A stretch of DNA of 64,000 nucleotides, taken from a virus. The DNA lies in the UHGV virus genome UHGV-0305822, one strand, 5' to 3'. The number at the start of each line of letters is the position of its first letter. Positions within the stretch are counted from its first letter, which is position 1. Both the position numbers and the translations under genes were made by a program. Below, one piece after another: positions 9,139 to 18,702 of the stretch. Under the pieces are notes generated by a model. That model saw nothing but the letters and a program-made list of their open reading frames with translations, was not told the origin of the DNA and made no database searches.

Positions 9139-10045
9139 TTGCCGCCCCTCTATTACGCCCTGCCATCACTACGCGACGAATATATTCGTACGCCTCTACA
9201 CCGATAGAGAAGGCCAGTTGGTTACATCCCGATTCCAGAACGTTAGGTGCATTCTGGAGTTGGTGCTCACCACCGTCTGCATTAATCCAAAGACTTTCGC
9301 TGCAAACGTTACACCCTTCTTCAAACACTTTACTTACTGTAAAGCCGCATTCACGACCATTTACTACATTCAGTCGTTCAATGTTATCCTGAACCTGATA
9401 GTAGCCGTAAATAAAGTTCATGACGTGGTCAGGCGATAAAGGTTTTGGCATTTTCGCATCTAAGAGTAACGTCATTGCACGGAAACCGTAATGGTAAATC
9501 GCGCTGTGCAGCTGAATAATATCTTCGTGCCAGCGTTTGTCCCCTAAACGGTCCCGTGTCAGGACACCCCAAGTCTGGACATTATCCAGCTCGTAGATCG
9601 TTTCCAGTGCTTCGTAACAGCCTTCGTCAATAAAGCGCATAAACGGGCGCTCAGACGACTTAAACCCATCGATGCTAACGTAGACATTGTCAAACTGTTT
9701 TAGCAACGGGAGATGCGATTTACGCATCTTTAAGCCATTGGTATACAACTGGTGTTTGAGTTCTGGACGAATCACTTTTAATTCGTCAACAAACGCCTCA
9801 ATTTTACGGGTTGCCAGTAATGGCTCACCACCCGTCCACTGAATTTCGGTAATGGTTGGATTAGCTTCCAGCGCTTCCAAAATTCGCTCACGTTGAAACT
9901 CTCGCGGAGAATCTTCACGATTCATGTAATAGGCTCCACCGCAGAAGCTACAATCCAGGTTGCACTTGGACGTAGCGACTACGGACAATACGGTGGGTTT
10001 ATCGTATAAACGATTCGATAACCTTGGTTCTGCATTGGTTGTCAT
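9122..10045 (-). CDS. radical SAM enzyme (second, shorter; partial auxiliary Cys cluster)
   Basis: CNLDCSFCGG (Cx3Cx2C); GGEPLL motif; C-terminal ECGF...CNVCSE Cys cluster; overlaps downstream rSAM start by 17 nt. Confidence 0.75.
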   Translation of the reverse strand: MTTNAEPRLSNRLYDKPTVLSVVATSKCNLDCSFCGGAYYMNREDSPREFQRERILEALEANPTITEIQWTGGEPLLATRKIEAFVDELKVIRPELKHQLYTNGLKMRKSHLPLLKQFDNVYVSIDGFKSSERPFMRFIDEGCYEALETIYELDNVQTWGVLTRDRLGDKRWHEDIIQLHSAIYHYGFRAMTLLLDAKMPKPLSPDHVMNFIYGYYQVQDNIERLNVVNGRECGFTVSKVFEEGCNVCSESLWINADGGEHQLQNAPNVLESGCNQLAFSIGVEAYEYIRRVVMAGRNRGAANESSK

Positions 10046-10066
10046 TGCAGGTGACTCCGGTCGTTT

Positions 10067-10966
10067 TTAAATATAATCAATGGCGAACAAAGGATCGTCG
10101 TCTACGTTAGCACCAGGGGTTAACAAGAATGGAGAGTTATACGCTTCCAAAATACGGTTAAGGTCTTTATAACGGACATTTAAACGTTCTAAATCCGCTA
10201 ACGTTACGTTACGGTCCAACACCGCCGACACTGCTGCTTTCTCTTCGTCAGTTAACGTGACTTTCGTCATTAAGAAACTAACGAGTTTTGCCAGATCCGC
10301 TTCTGTTGACGGATGCTCGCCAATACGCGTTTGAATCAAATGCTGCATCCAAGGCTTACGGATGCGTTTTGTGATTTCGTGTTCATCTGTCAGGGCAACC
10401 CACACGGAACGTTCACGATCCCACACGAACTTATAGCTATACGCCATTAAATCCGCTAAGCAATTAATCCCTAACGCTTCGTACCCTTCAATTTCGATAT
10501 ACGATTCCGTATCGAAATAGTTCTTCGTTTCTGGTGTTACCAGGGTAAAGAAATACGGGAACGAGCCTAAGTAATCCGGTGACCACCAACGACGGGCAAC
10601 CGGTTTTGCGCCCATTTCTTCAAATGGGGTAAAGAACAATTCCATATCTACGGAGTTATTCAAAATCCCGTCACTAAAGAAATATTTACCCGCAACCAGT
10701 TTACCACGCAACTCGGAGTCACCGGTAAAGACCACTACACTTTCTGCCGTCAGATCACGAATCTTAAACGTATTTTCTACACGATAGTTTTTACGATCGG
10801 TGAAGAAACGTCCGCGCACTTTAGGCCATTCGCCCGGCAACTGAGTCAACAGACGAACTTCATCTGCTAAGTGTGCACGTACGGAATCAGGGGAAGAAAT
10901 GTGAAGTGGGTGATTGAAAATTGTTTTGTACGCTAAATGTAAATCATTCTTCATTGATTGCTCCAA
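10067..10966 (-). CDS. hypothetical protein (299 aa), between Cys-rich genes and radical SAM genes
   Basis: Long ORF on operon strand; no recognisable motif. Confidence 0.5.
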   Translation of the reverse strand: MEQSMKNDLHLAYKTIFNHPLHISSPDSVRAHLADEVRLLTQLPGEWPKVRGRFFTDRKNYRVENTFKIRDLTAESVVVFTGDSELRGKLVAGKYFFSDGILNNSVDMELFFTPFEEMGAKPVARRWWSPDYLGSFPYFFTLVTPETKNYFDTESYIEIEGYEALGINCLADLMAYSYKFVWDRERSVWVALTDEHEITKRIRKPWMQHLIQTRIGEHPSTEADLAKLVSFLMTKVTLTDEEKAAVSAVLDRNVTLADLERLNVRYKDLNRILEAYNSPFLLTPGANVDDDPLFAIDYI

Positions 10967-11103
10967 TTATTTCACGGTCAAACAGACATTCAGGGTATAG
11001 AAACCACCGCACCATTGCCTACCGGTGACTTGAAACTCAGTAGTAAACCCGTACGATTAACTCGGTTATTGCGTAATAGACATACTACCACTGGAGGGCT
11101 TAG

Positions 11104-11310
11104 TTACCTTCCCCCCGCACCTTTACTACAGCTACCACTGCACGACCAGCTACATCCGCCGTTACAGTTATAATGGCTTAAAGGTAAACCGGCAAGGTTA
11201 TTGGTTGAAGACACAGTGCCCTGGTTTGCAATATAGTTGTTTGCGTTAGCGGTCGTAATATACCCTTCCGCTGTTACTAACCGATCACGAAGGTTCTTAA
11301 GGCTAATCAC
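11104..11310 (-). CDS. Cys-rich leader+core protein C (short core, ~68 aa)
   Basis: ORF track start 11340 is TTG and overlaps gene B; GTG at 11310 preceded by GGGAGG gives MISLKNLRDRL...HYNCNGGCSWSCSGSCSKGAGGR; N-terminus similar to protein A. Confidence 0.5.
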   Translation of the reverse strand: MISLKNLRDRLVTAEGYITTANANNYIANQGTVSSTNNLAGLPLSHYNCNGGCSWSCSGSCSKGAGGR

Positions 11311-11312
11311 AA

Positions 11313-11711
11313 TTACCTCCCAGAACACCCACCAGAACAACTACCTGAGCAGCCTGCAGAACAGTTTCCTACACACGAGTTAGAACAACTCCCCGTACAG
11401 CTTCCTGAACAGCCACCAGAACAGGTATTCGAACATCCACTACAGCCTGCACTACAACCTGATACACAGTTTGCAGAACACGAAGAACCACAGCCGCCTG
11501 ATGCGTTCCCTGTACAACCACCAGAACAGCTCGAACAGGTCCAGCTACAGCTCCCACCACAGTCATAGTGGTTGCGAGCTTGCCCACCGAATAAGTCTGC
11601 GTTGTTCGTCGCTTTCCCACGAATATAGTTTTGTACTGCACCCGTATTCTTCAATGCAGTGTTGTCAATGTTATTTAGCCGCGCTTGTAGCGCAGGTAAT
11701 CCAATTGCCAT
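11313..11711 (-). CDS. Cys-rich leader+core protein B (132 aa)
   Basis: ~50-aa Cys-free N-terminal segment then HYDCGGSCSWTCS followed by ~80 aa of CSG/CTG repeats (about 25 Cys). Confidence 0.6.
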   Translation of the reverse strand: MAIGLPALQARLNNIDNTALKNTGAVQNYIRGKATNNADLFGGQARNHYDCGGSCSWTCSSCSGGCTGNASGGCGSSCSANCVSGCSAGCSGCSNTCSGGCSGSCTGSCSNSCVGNCSAGCSGSCSGGCSGR

Positions 11712-11721
11712 TTTTCACCTC

Positions 11722-12120
11722 TTAGGTTGGGCCAGAACAGCCACCAGAGCAAGCACCAGAACAACCCGTAGAACAACGGCCCGAGCAAGCACCCCCACAG
11801 GTCCCACTGCAACCTGAGCAGCCACCGGAACACGTTGAACTACATCCAGTACACTGGTTACCGCACGCAGAGGAGCAGCTACCTACACACACTGACGTAC
11901 AGGTGCCCGAACAACTCGTACAGCCATGCGTACAACCGTTTGAGCACGTCCAGCTGCAACTCCCCCCGCAGTCTAACCGACTTGGCGTCCAACCCGAAAA
12001 AGTGTCGGCGGCATTATGTGCTTTCGACGCAACTTGCGGATCAACACGTGGGCCAGTTGCCATTTGGTTCTCTACGTTGGTGATTCGGTCACGTACATTT
12101 TTAACACTGATCGCCATCAC
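11722..12120 (-). CDS. Cys-rich leader+core protein A (132 aa)
   Basis: N-terminal MAISVKNVRDRITNVENQ..., junction RLDCGGSCSWTCS, then Cys/Gly/Ser/Thr repeats; GTG-ATG start with AAGGA RBS. Confidence 0.6.
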   Translation of the reverse strand: MMAISVKNVRDRITNVENQMATGPRVDPQVASKAHNAADTFSGWTPSRLDCGGSCSWTCSNGCTHGCTSCSGTCTSVCVGSCSSACGNQCTGCSSTCSGGCSGCSGTCGGACSGRCSTGCSGACSGGCSGPT

Positions 12121-12128
12121 GTATCCTT

Positions 12129-12174
12129 AAAATAAAAAAGAATGGAGGACTACGCCCATAAGCATAGTTCCTCC
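12129..12174 (-). terminator. terminator hairpin downstream of 401-aa fibre gene, immediately upstream of Cys-rich gene A
   Basis: Minus-strand GGAGGAACTATGCTTATGGGCGTAGTCCTCC hairpin followed by ATTCTTTTTTATTTT. Confidence 0.55.
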
Positions 12175-12184
12175 TGTAATAAAG

Positions 12185-13390
12185 TTATTTCGTACCCGCT
12201 TCTGCCTGAACGTCATCACGGGACGTCAAGTTAGCGTTAACGTGTACTGGAGCCTGAACCACACCACCGTATTTCTTGTGGAGATAGCCTGTGTGTGGGT
12301 TATCCGCCGCAATATGGTTTTGCAGGTTCTGATTCGCCTGACTGATCGCGTTCGTGTTATTCGCAACCTGTTGTTTAAGCGCATCCAGGTTTTGTTGCAG
12401 ATTATCAATTTTCTGATCGGACTCATTACCCCGTTGTTCTAACGCAGCAATGCGCTGAATCGCTTGGTTGAGTTTGGTGCTCAGATCGTTGATATTTTTC
12501 TGTAACTGTAACACTAGCGAATTTAGGTTCGCCAATGCCAATGCCATTTTCTGGTAGTTTTGTGCAACGATGTTAAGTTGGTCGTTCCACGCTTCCAAAG
12601 ATTTGACAACAGCATCAATACGTTTTCCTAACGCTTCATCCGCTTTCTTCAACGCATTAATATCAGTAATGGTTGCATCGATGGCAGACTGTACATCACG
12701 GATAAGTGCACGGATCTCCGTTTCTGTTAACCCGTTAACCTGGTGAATATCCAGATGGTGGACGTTACCCGTGGCGTTAATGTGCGCGTTCAGCGCGTCC
12801 AGGAAATCGTTTTTCAGGCTTTCGAGAATCGCTTTGATGTTCTCAAGCTGTACAGCATCGCCCGCCGTTATCGCATCTTTAATGCCAGCGAGCACTGTAA
12901 TGATATATTCGAAGCCGTAAATATCGCCGACGTCTTTATACGTCGGTGCCGACGGAAATGTATCTGGAACATTTCGCAAGTCTTTAAAGCCAACAGTTCG
13001 ATTATCGAGATTCAACTCAGCAATCGCCTGTTCTATCGCAGTCACGTTTGCCGACTGCGGACCCCCGACCACTTGCGCCGAAACCGTGATATCGGTCGGA
13101 ATCGCGGTGTTCGTTACAACAACCGCCATTACCACTTCCCGGTTCTTCGTCAATTTCTCGTAAGCCGGGTGTGCAAAAATCAACTCATAGTCCGTTCCGC
13201 GCTCATACGTCGCATCGGGGCGGTTAGCAACCCGCAAGCGGAACGTATCAGCATAAAACGGACCGTCAGGAAAAGCAAACGCACGGTTAACTTTACCTGT
13301 ACCTAACGTAACCTGACGCTCCACGGCGTTAGAGGTTAGGGTTCCCGTTAAATCTAAAGGGTATTGGTATACAATGGAGGCCATGGCCAC
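12185..13390 (-). CDS. tail fibre-like protein (401 aa) with C-terminal coiled coil
   Basis: N-terminal FPDGPFY ... GTDYEL motif shared with the three giant ORFs; long heptad-like Q/N/L-rich region. Confidence 0.6.
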   Translation of the reverse strand: MAMASIVYQYPLDLTGTLTSNAVERQVTLGTGKVNRAFAFPDGPFYADTFRLRVANRPDATYERGTDYELIFAHPAYEKLTKNREVVMAVVVTNTAIPTDITVSAQVVGGPQSANVTAIEQAIAELNLDNRTVGFKDLRNVPDTFPSAPTYKDVGDIYGFEYIITVLAGIKDAITAGDAVQLENIKAILESLKNDFLDALNAHINATGNVHHLDIHQVNGLTETEIRALIRDVQSAIDATITDINALKKADEALGKRIDAVVKSLEAWNDQLNIVAQNYQKMALALANLNSLVLQLQKNINDLSTKLNQAIQRIAALEQRGNESDQKIDNLQQNLDALKQQVANNTNAISQANQNLQNHIAADNPHTGYLHKKYGGVVQAPVHVNANLTSRDDVQAEAGTK

Positions 13391-13424
13391 TCTCCTTAAT
13401 CCGAGACGTCCTTGTCTCGTGGCG

Positions 13425-16400
13425 TTAAGATGTAAACATAAGATTGAACTGGAGCTTATCGATATCGCGCGTTTGTGCTGGGTTAACCGCGTCGTACGTG
13501 GTTGCCACGTAGACCGTTAATGTCCCGTCAGCAAACGAGGTTTTCACCGGTGGCGTAGTCCCTGTCTGTCCATCAGTTACAATGACGACAGGTTGAGACG
13601 GGAGTTGATGGAACTGACCCTTAACCGCTTTATACACCAAACCAGATTGCGCTGCTAACTCCGTGTCGGTATACACGATAAACGGTGTGTCGATATCTGT
13701 CTGTTTAATGACAGTGTTCGACTCAACGTCAATCAGCTGAACAGCACCGAACTTCGTACGGTAGCTATCGTATTCATTTTTTGGAATGACAAACGTAGCA
13801 TGTACACGGACTTCTTCGGCGGGCTTAAATCCGGCGTGTTCTTTTTCCAGATAGCTGTTAGCAGTTAACGTTACTGTCTGTTCAGTCATCGTACCACCAG
13901 ACTGGTTTAACCCGTAACGAACTTGGGTTATACCTGTCGGAGCCGCAAGCCTGATTTTTAGTCTACGGTTAGCGGTACCAGGATCGCCTGGCACTCTAAC
14001 ACGCAGGCTCAAAGCCAGATATGCATTCGCACCGGTAGTCGGTTTCGTATACGCACCCAACCACTTCATATTCGCGGTTGCCGCTTGACTGTTCTCAGAA
14101 GCAGTAGCCGCTGCAACGTTCGCAGCAACCGCTTTCTGCCAGAACTGGTCAGCGCAGTTTTCATACGCTACTCTACCGATACTTTTATAACCTGCGTAGG
14201 TTTCCTGTATCGGCAACTTGGGACGTGTTGTGATCCCGCTCAACGCATTCCATCTCTGACCATCGACATACCCTGCACCATTGCTCGCAGATGCCGTGGG
14301 GGCTTTCAGCGGTTGGTTAACCAAGGTTTGAAGTGGACCCGTTTTTCGATCGTACGCCGCCGCAACGTCGTGCTGATCTCTAACGGCAGCGTGTTCTTCT
14401 AATTCACGAACCCTGCCTAGCCGTTTCACTTTATCGATGTTAATAGCAACAATGCGCTTTTTATCGGTTGTAACTGTACCAACAAATAATCGCGAAGTCG
14501 TATCCGGCAGCTTTTCCAGCCCGATCTGATATTGAGCTTTCGAACCTACAAGAGCAGCATGAACATAGAACGTCTGGTTAGCATGGTTTTCTGGGAATTC
14601 ATTGCTTAAATCCACCGACCACGTCGGTAATGTATAGCTATTACTACCGAAATCTAACCTGACCTCTTCCGTCAAATATAGAATCCAGCCTTCCGCAGTC
14701 TCCACACCGGCGATAATAACCGCCTCCCCCCCAGTTGAGAACCTGGTGTCATTAACGAACTCTTCGGCTGTATATGCGTTACCTGAACAGAAGACACGAT
14801 CTGCTTTAGAGAAAATTAGTGCCATCTTGTCCCAATTACCCGCTCCCATGTAGCAGCCTGATTCGGGATTATGTGCAGGGGCCATCTGACGCAACTGTGA
14901 CTTACCGGGAACGCGAGTCCAGCCCGACCCAGGGTCGAAGGTGTACTTCGCAGCGTAACCCAAAGCATTTAGGTCCCCGATATTCCGTATTGTCAGCGTA
15001 TAAGGCAGCCATAGACCGAAGTTTACACCGTCGGCAGAAGCAAAAATGGGCTGGCCTACACGTCGCGTTTTATTACCCGCTTCTTCCCTCAGAGACTGAT
15101 AACTTAAGCCGTAATCAAGGTCTAAGAACCAATCAACGAGTTTGAAAGTAGCCGAGTTAAAACGTAGATAACCGTTTTCTTTGGTCGGGCTCACCATGAA
15201 GTAATAGATGTCGAGGACTCGACGTCCGTTACTCAGGATTTTCATACATGAGACTTGTAATAGGTCGAACTCACAAACAGTGTTAATGCCTAGCAACCAG
15301 AGCGCAAACAACGCGTTGCCGCTTTGGTGTGCTGCACTGATGCGCTCGTTCGCGTAACCATTTGCCTGACCAGATGGTGCGCCATCGACAATCATCCTAA
15401 TCATCTTCTGGCGATCCGCTTCCTCTAACGTCAGTCGTTCTGATGACAAGGCAAAGTTACCGTAGATGTTCCGATATGGGAAGGTTTCCGCTTTCGTCAA
15501 ATACCAACCGTTTAATTGCCCGTGACGCTCCTCAGGAGTCATGCAAGCAGCCATACAGCTTAACTGTTCGTAAAGGGTTGCATCAACTTCTCGACGGTTG
15601 TTGTTCGGGCCATAACCGCTATATCCGGGAACGTCATAAGGTTTACTTGGGTCAACTTCTACTTCGATCGTATAGCGGTTACGCGGATTGGATAACCATA
15701 CTTTGTTTGAGCCACCGATACCGACAGGATGAGAAAGACCAATGGTATAGATAGAACCACGACCTTTATCCCAAGTAAATGTCGCTTCGCCTGAGGTATT
15801 GTTTGGGTTATCGTAACGCAGATAATCAAAAAACTCTTTGCCTTGCGTACTTTTAATAGTAACATTCGGCATCTGGTCCGCATCGTTAATCTGCCAGCAG
15901 GAAAGCATCATTCCTGAGACATTAGGTTTAGCATACGTCGCAAAACAACGATTGTTTGCTTGGCCGCCACCCCACTTACGACTGGTTTCTACAGTTGAGC
16001 CATCCGCGAACGATAGTCTGGTAGTATCAACCTTAATGGGGAAACGTTCGGCACCCTCTAACGTAACTCTGCCCGTTAACGTATCGATTGTGAAACTTGT
16101 TGACCATTGACGGAAATTAATCGTCGTACCGTCGGCAGCCGCAAACCACACGCTGGGGACATGATTCACACGAATAACGCTGTCGCGTACCGCACAAGCA
16201 TGGTTACATTCTGGACCGTGAACAAAGTTGTGACCGATTGTCCATTTAGCCCGTGCCTCTGGCGGGTAATACGTAAAGAACTGACCAGTCTGCGACTCTT
16301 CGGTCTTCTGGCCAATTCTTAGGCAGAGGTTATCTCCGAATTGCCCCATTTCTCCGGTTAGGGTTACACGTTCAAATTCTAACTCAGTATTGGTAGTCAA

Positions 16401-18608
16401 ATCGGCTTTACGTAAACGCCATGCCGCCACGGCATAAGCAGAGTTATTTACCGTGGAACGAAGAAGATAAACGTGATCGTCAACTAACACAACATCGTCA
16501 GCTTCTGGCCAAGGATTCCAGGTTTGTTCCACAGTACCGCTGGGGTTGCCATTACGGTATTTAGGCATTGTAACACGACATACCACCGTGTGTTTACTGT
16601 GGTCCATTGAACCATTGAACAACACCAAATAACGGTTATTATCAGAACCCAGACAAATAATCGCTTCCTGACCACCAACCAATATCGCTTTTAAGGTCAC
16701 TCCAGGATATTTACTCATCCCAACGGGATGGTATTTCACCGAAGTTTGCTGAGGGTTCACAAACACATTCGACGTATTGATATCAGCATAGCCGTAGTAA
16801 ATAGCCTCTGTACCAGGTACACCATTAGAAGCATTACGTAACGAATAAACTTTACCTTGTTGGAATCCTACAACGCCTTTCTGATAGGACTGGTTCTTTG
16901 TAAAACCTGAATAATTACCGAGTGCCGGAATGGGTAAGAAGTTTTTGTTACCGAACTTCGCCCCACCGACAGTCCACGCAGGTAAGATGGTATTCAGTTT
17001 ATCAGAGACTTTCTTAATCTCTTTTGCGAACAACCAGCCTTGACGAGACGTGACGGCTTTATCGCTCGTGGTATCAATCGCATCCCACAACTGTAAGATA
17101 CCATCCACAGTCGCGCTGCCAATCGGGACATTATCCAAATCGGCGGTAGTGTGCGTGTGCTCCTTCACACTTTTATTTTTCAGCACGTTCGCTAACGCTT
17201 TTGTTACCGGTTTAGCGATCGGCATGGTGTTATCCATCTTATCGATACCGAAATCGGTTTTCGTTAAGGTTAACACCATTTTATCGCCCGTCTTAACAAA
17301 CCCTTTACCGTTAACCGTGTAGTCATCGTCAACGTACAAGTCTAACCGGTCTTTTAACTCGGTCACCGCCTTTTGGGAAATAGCAGTGCCTAGTGCTACG
17401 GAGGTTGCGATATTCGTAATCGAAAACACCCCATAAACCGACTCGGTTGCTGTGGGAATATTCGCGTTCAACGTTAGCGGGTTAGACTGCTTCGCTGTAC
17501 CGTATGGTTTTACGGTGTCTGATGGTTTGAAATAGGCATTTGCTTCAAGTAACGTTACAGACGTCAGGTACATGTTCACCATTTCTGGTGTAACCAAATA
17601 CACAGAGTTGTAAACCGGCGCTAATACATCCTGTTCTGTCCCAGAGTGCACCCAAAGCGTATTCAGTCCCGCACTAAATTCAACCGCCAAACCCGATTCG
17701 TTGTTGTCCTGGTCCGCTTTAATCACTAGCGGTTGCGGTGAGGTAATTAACCACTTATCACCACGGATACTGATGATGTGTCCGCCTGCGGTTTTAAACG
17801 TCAGTTCGTTACCGTTCGTGCTACCCCATCGACCGTAAACAGTGCCGAGGGCTTCACCCATTAACTGATCAACGTCTGATTGCTCAATACCCGCCGAACC
17901 CATCAGCGTAGCCAACTCGTCAATCGTCAGTCCAAACGCTTTTGTCGCGTCAACAGCACGTCCCAAAACCGGAAGGGCACCAACATCAGTGGTCGTATAC
18001 TGGTGTGCGTTAGGATTAAGGTGGTGTTGGTATAACTCCTCGTCGAAAACTTTTTTACCGTTCTCGTAAATCAGGTTAGTGACTTCGGTAAACGCTGCAT
18101 CTAACTCTGTTGAACGTTGAACGATTTTCTTACGGATGTCGTTTAACGCTTTAACAACCTCATCCCTCAGAATAGCTTCTTCTAAGTTAGCAGGGGGATC
18201 GATAGGTTGTATAACCGGTGCATACGCCATTAACTCTGACCAGTCCACGTTACGTGGGTCTTTCAGGTCAGTACGAACTAAGAACTTTCCGATTTCAGAT
18301 TGTGGTACACGATACTGGCGTGCTACCCCTAAAATCTCATATTCGATTTCTGTTGCGGTCAGCAACATAAACCCGCCATAAATCTGATCTTGCTCAGCTT
18401 CTGCGAGTTCTTTAAAGTAATAGCCTAAATAGTAGTCCAACCCCTCAATCAGAGTACGACGTCCGTTAGGCGCGGTATCGTCGGCTACTGTGAGTTTTAA
18501 TCCGATACGATAAAAAGGTCCTTCAGGCGGAATGACCACATTAAATCGGTTAGGGTACGTCGCTGTGCTTAACGTACCGTTAAACTGCGCCGCGTCTTCT
18601 CTCGGCAT
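13425..18608 (-). CDS. large tail fibre protein (1727 aa)
   Basis: N-terminal PPEGPFY ... EGLDYYL anchor-like motif; internal fibre-repeat-like segments (ATESVYGV...KAVTELK). Confidence 0.65.
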   Translation of the reverse strand: MPREDAAQFNGTLSTATYPNRFNVVIPPEGPFYRIGLKLTVADDTAPNGRRTLIEGLDYYLGYYFKELAEAEQDQIYGGFMLLTATEIEYEILGVARQYRVPQSEIGKFLVRTDLKDPRNVDWSELMAYAPVIQPIDPPANLEEAILRDEVVKALNDIRKKIVQRSTELDAAFTEVTNLIYENGKKVFDEELYQHHLNPNAHQYTTTDVGALPVLGRAVDATKAFGLTIDELATLMGSAGIEQSDVDQLMGEALGTVYGRWGSTNGNELTFKTAGGHIISIRGDKWLITSPQPLVIKADQDNNESGLAVEFSAGLNTLWVHSGTEQDVLAPVYNSVYLVTPEMVNMYLTSVTLLEANAYFKPSDTVKPYGTAKQSNPLTLNANIPTATESVYGVFSITNIATSVALGTAISQKAVTELKDRLDLYVDDDYTVNGKGFVKTGDKMVLTLTKTDFGIDKMDNTMPIAKPVTKALANVLKNKSVKEHTHTTADLDNVPIGSATVDGILQLWDAIDTTSDKAVTSRQGWLFAKEIKKVSDKLNTILPAWTVGGAKFGNKNFLPIPALGNYSGFTKNQSYQKGVVGFQQGKVYSLRNASNGVPGTEAIYYGYADINTSNVFVNPQQTSVKYHPVGMSKYPGVTLKAILVGGQEAIICLGSDNNRYLVLFNGSMDHSKHTVVCRVTMPKYRNGNPSGTVEQTWNPWPEADDVVLVDDHVYLLRSTVNNSAYAVAAWRLRKADLTTNTELEFERVTLTGEMGQFGDNLCLRIGQKTEESQTGQFFTYYPPEARAKWTIGHNFVHGPECNHACAVRDSVIRVNHVPSVWFAAADGTTINFRQWSTSFTIDTLTGRVTLEGAERFPIKVDTTRLSFADGSTVETSRKWGGGQANNRCFATYAKPNVSGMMLSCWQINDADQMPNVTIKSTQGKEFFDYLRYDNPNNTSGEATFTWDKGRGSIYTIGLSHPVGIGGSNKVWLSNPRNRYTIEVEVDPSKPYDVPGYSGYGPNNNRREVDATLYEQLSCMAACMTPEERHGQLNGWYLTKAETFPYRNIYGNFALSSERLTLEEADRQKMIRMIVDGAPSGQANGYANERISAAHQSGNALFALWLLGINTVCEFDLLQVSCMKILSNGRRVLDIYYFMVSPTKENGYLRFNSATFKLVDWFLDLDYGLSYQSLREEAGNKTRRVGQPIFASADGVNFGLWLPYTLTIRNIGDLNALGYAAKYTFDPGSGWTRVPGKSQLRQMAPAHNPESGCYMGAGNWDKMALIFSKADRVFCSGNAYTAEEFVNDTRFSTGGEAVIIAGVETAEGWILYLTEEVRLDFGSNSYTLPTWSVDLSNEFPENHANQTFYVHAALVGSKAQYQIGLEKLPDTTSRLFVGTVTTDKKRIVAINIDKVKRLGRVRELEEHAAVRDQHDVAAAYDRKTGPLQTLVNQPLKAPTASASNGAGYVDGQRWNALSGITTRPKLPIQETYAGYKSIGRVAYENCADQFWQKAVAANVAAATASENSQAATANMKWLGAYTKPTTGANAYLALSLRVRVPGDPGTANRRLKIRLAAPTGITQVRYGLNQSGGTMTEQTVTLTANSYLEKEHAGFKPAEEVRVHATFVIPKNEYDSYRTKFGAVQLIDVESNTVIKQTDIDTPFIVYTDTELAAQSGLVYKAVKGQFHQLPSQPVVIVTDGQTGTTPPVKTSFADGTLTVYVATTYDAVNPAQTRDIDKLQFNLMFTS

Positions 18609-18621
18609 CGTAAAGACTCCT

Positions 18622-18664
18622 ACTTTTAAATAAAATGGATACCCCTCCCCATTACAGGGAGGGG
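18622..18664 (-). terminator. terminator hairpin between 1401-aa and 1727-aa fibre genes
   Basis: Stem CCCCTCCC/GGGAGGGG followed on minus strand by ATCCATTTTATTTAAAAG. Confidence 0.5.
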
Positions 18665-18702
18665 TTACCTACGGACACACAACTGCCCGCAGGCAGCCTG
18701 TC

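Noticed and set aside
11369-12130. ORF-track entries 11369..11641 (-), 11471..11725 (+), 11835..12083 (+), 11903..12130 (+) overlapping the Cys-rich genes
   Set aside because: Alternative-frame or antisense reading frames kept open by the low-complexity codon repeat; products are Pro/Gln/Val-rich nonsense without RBS; the Cys-rich frames have RBSs and conserved junction motifs.
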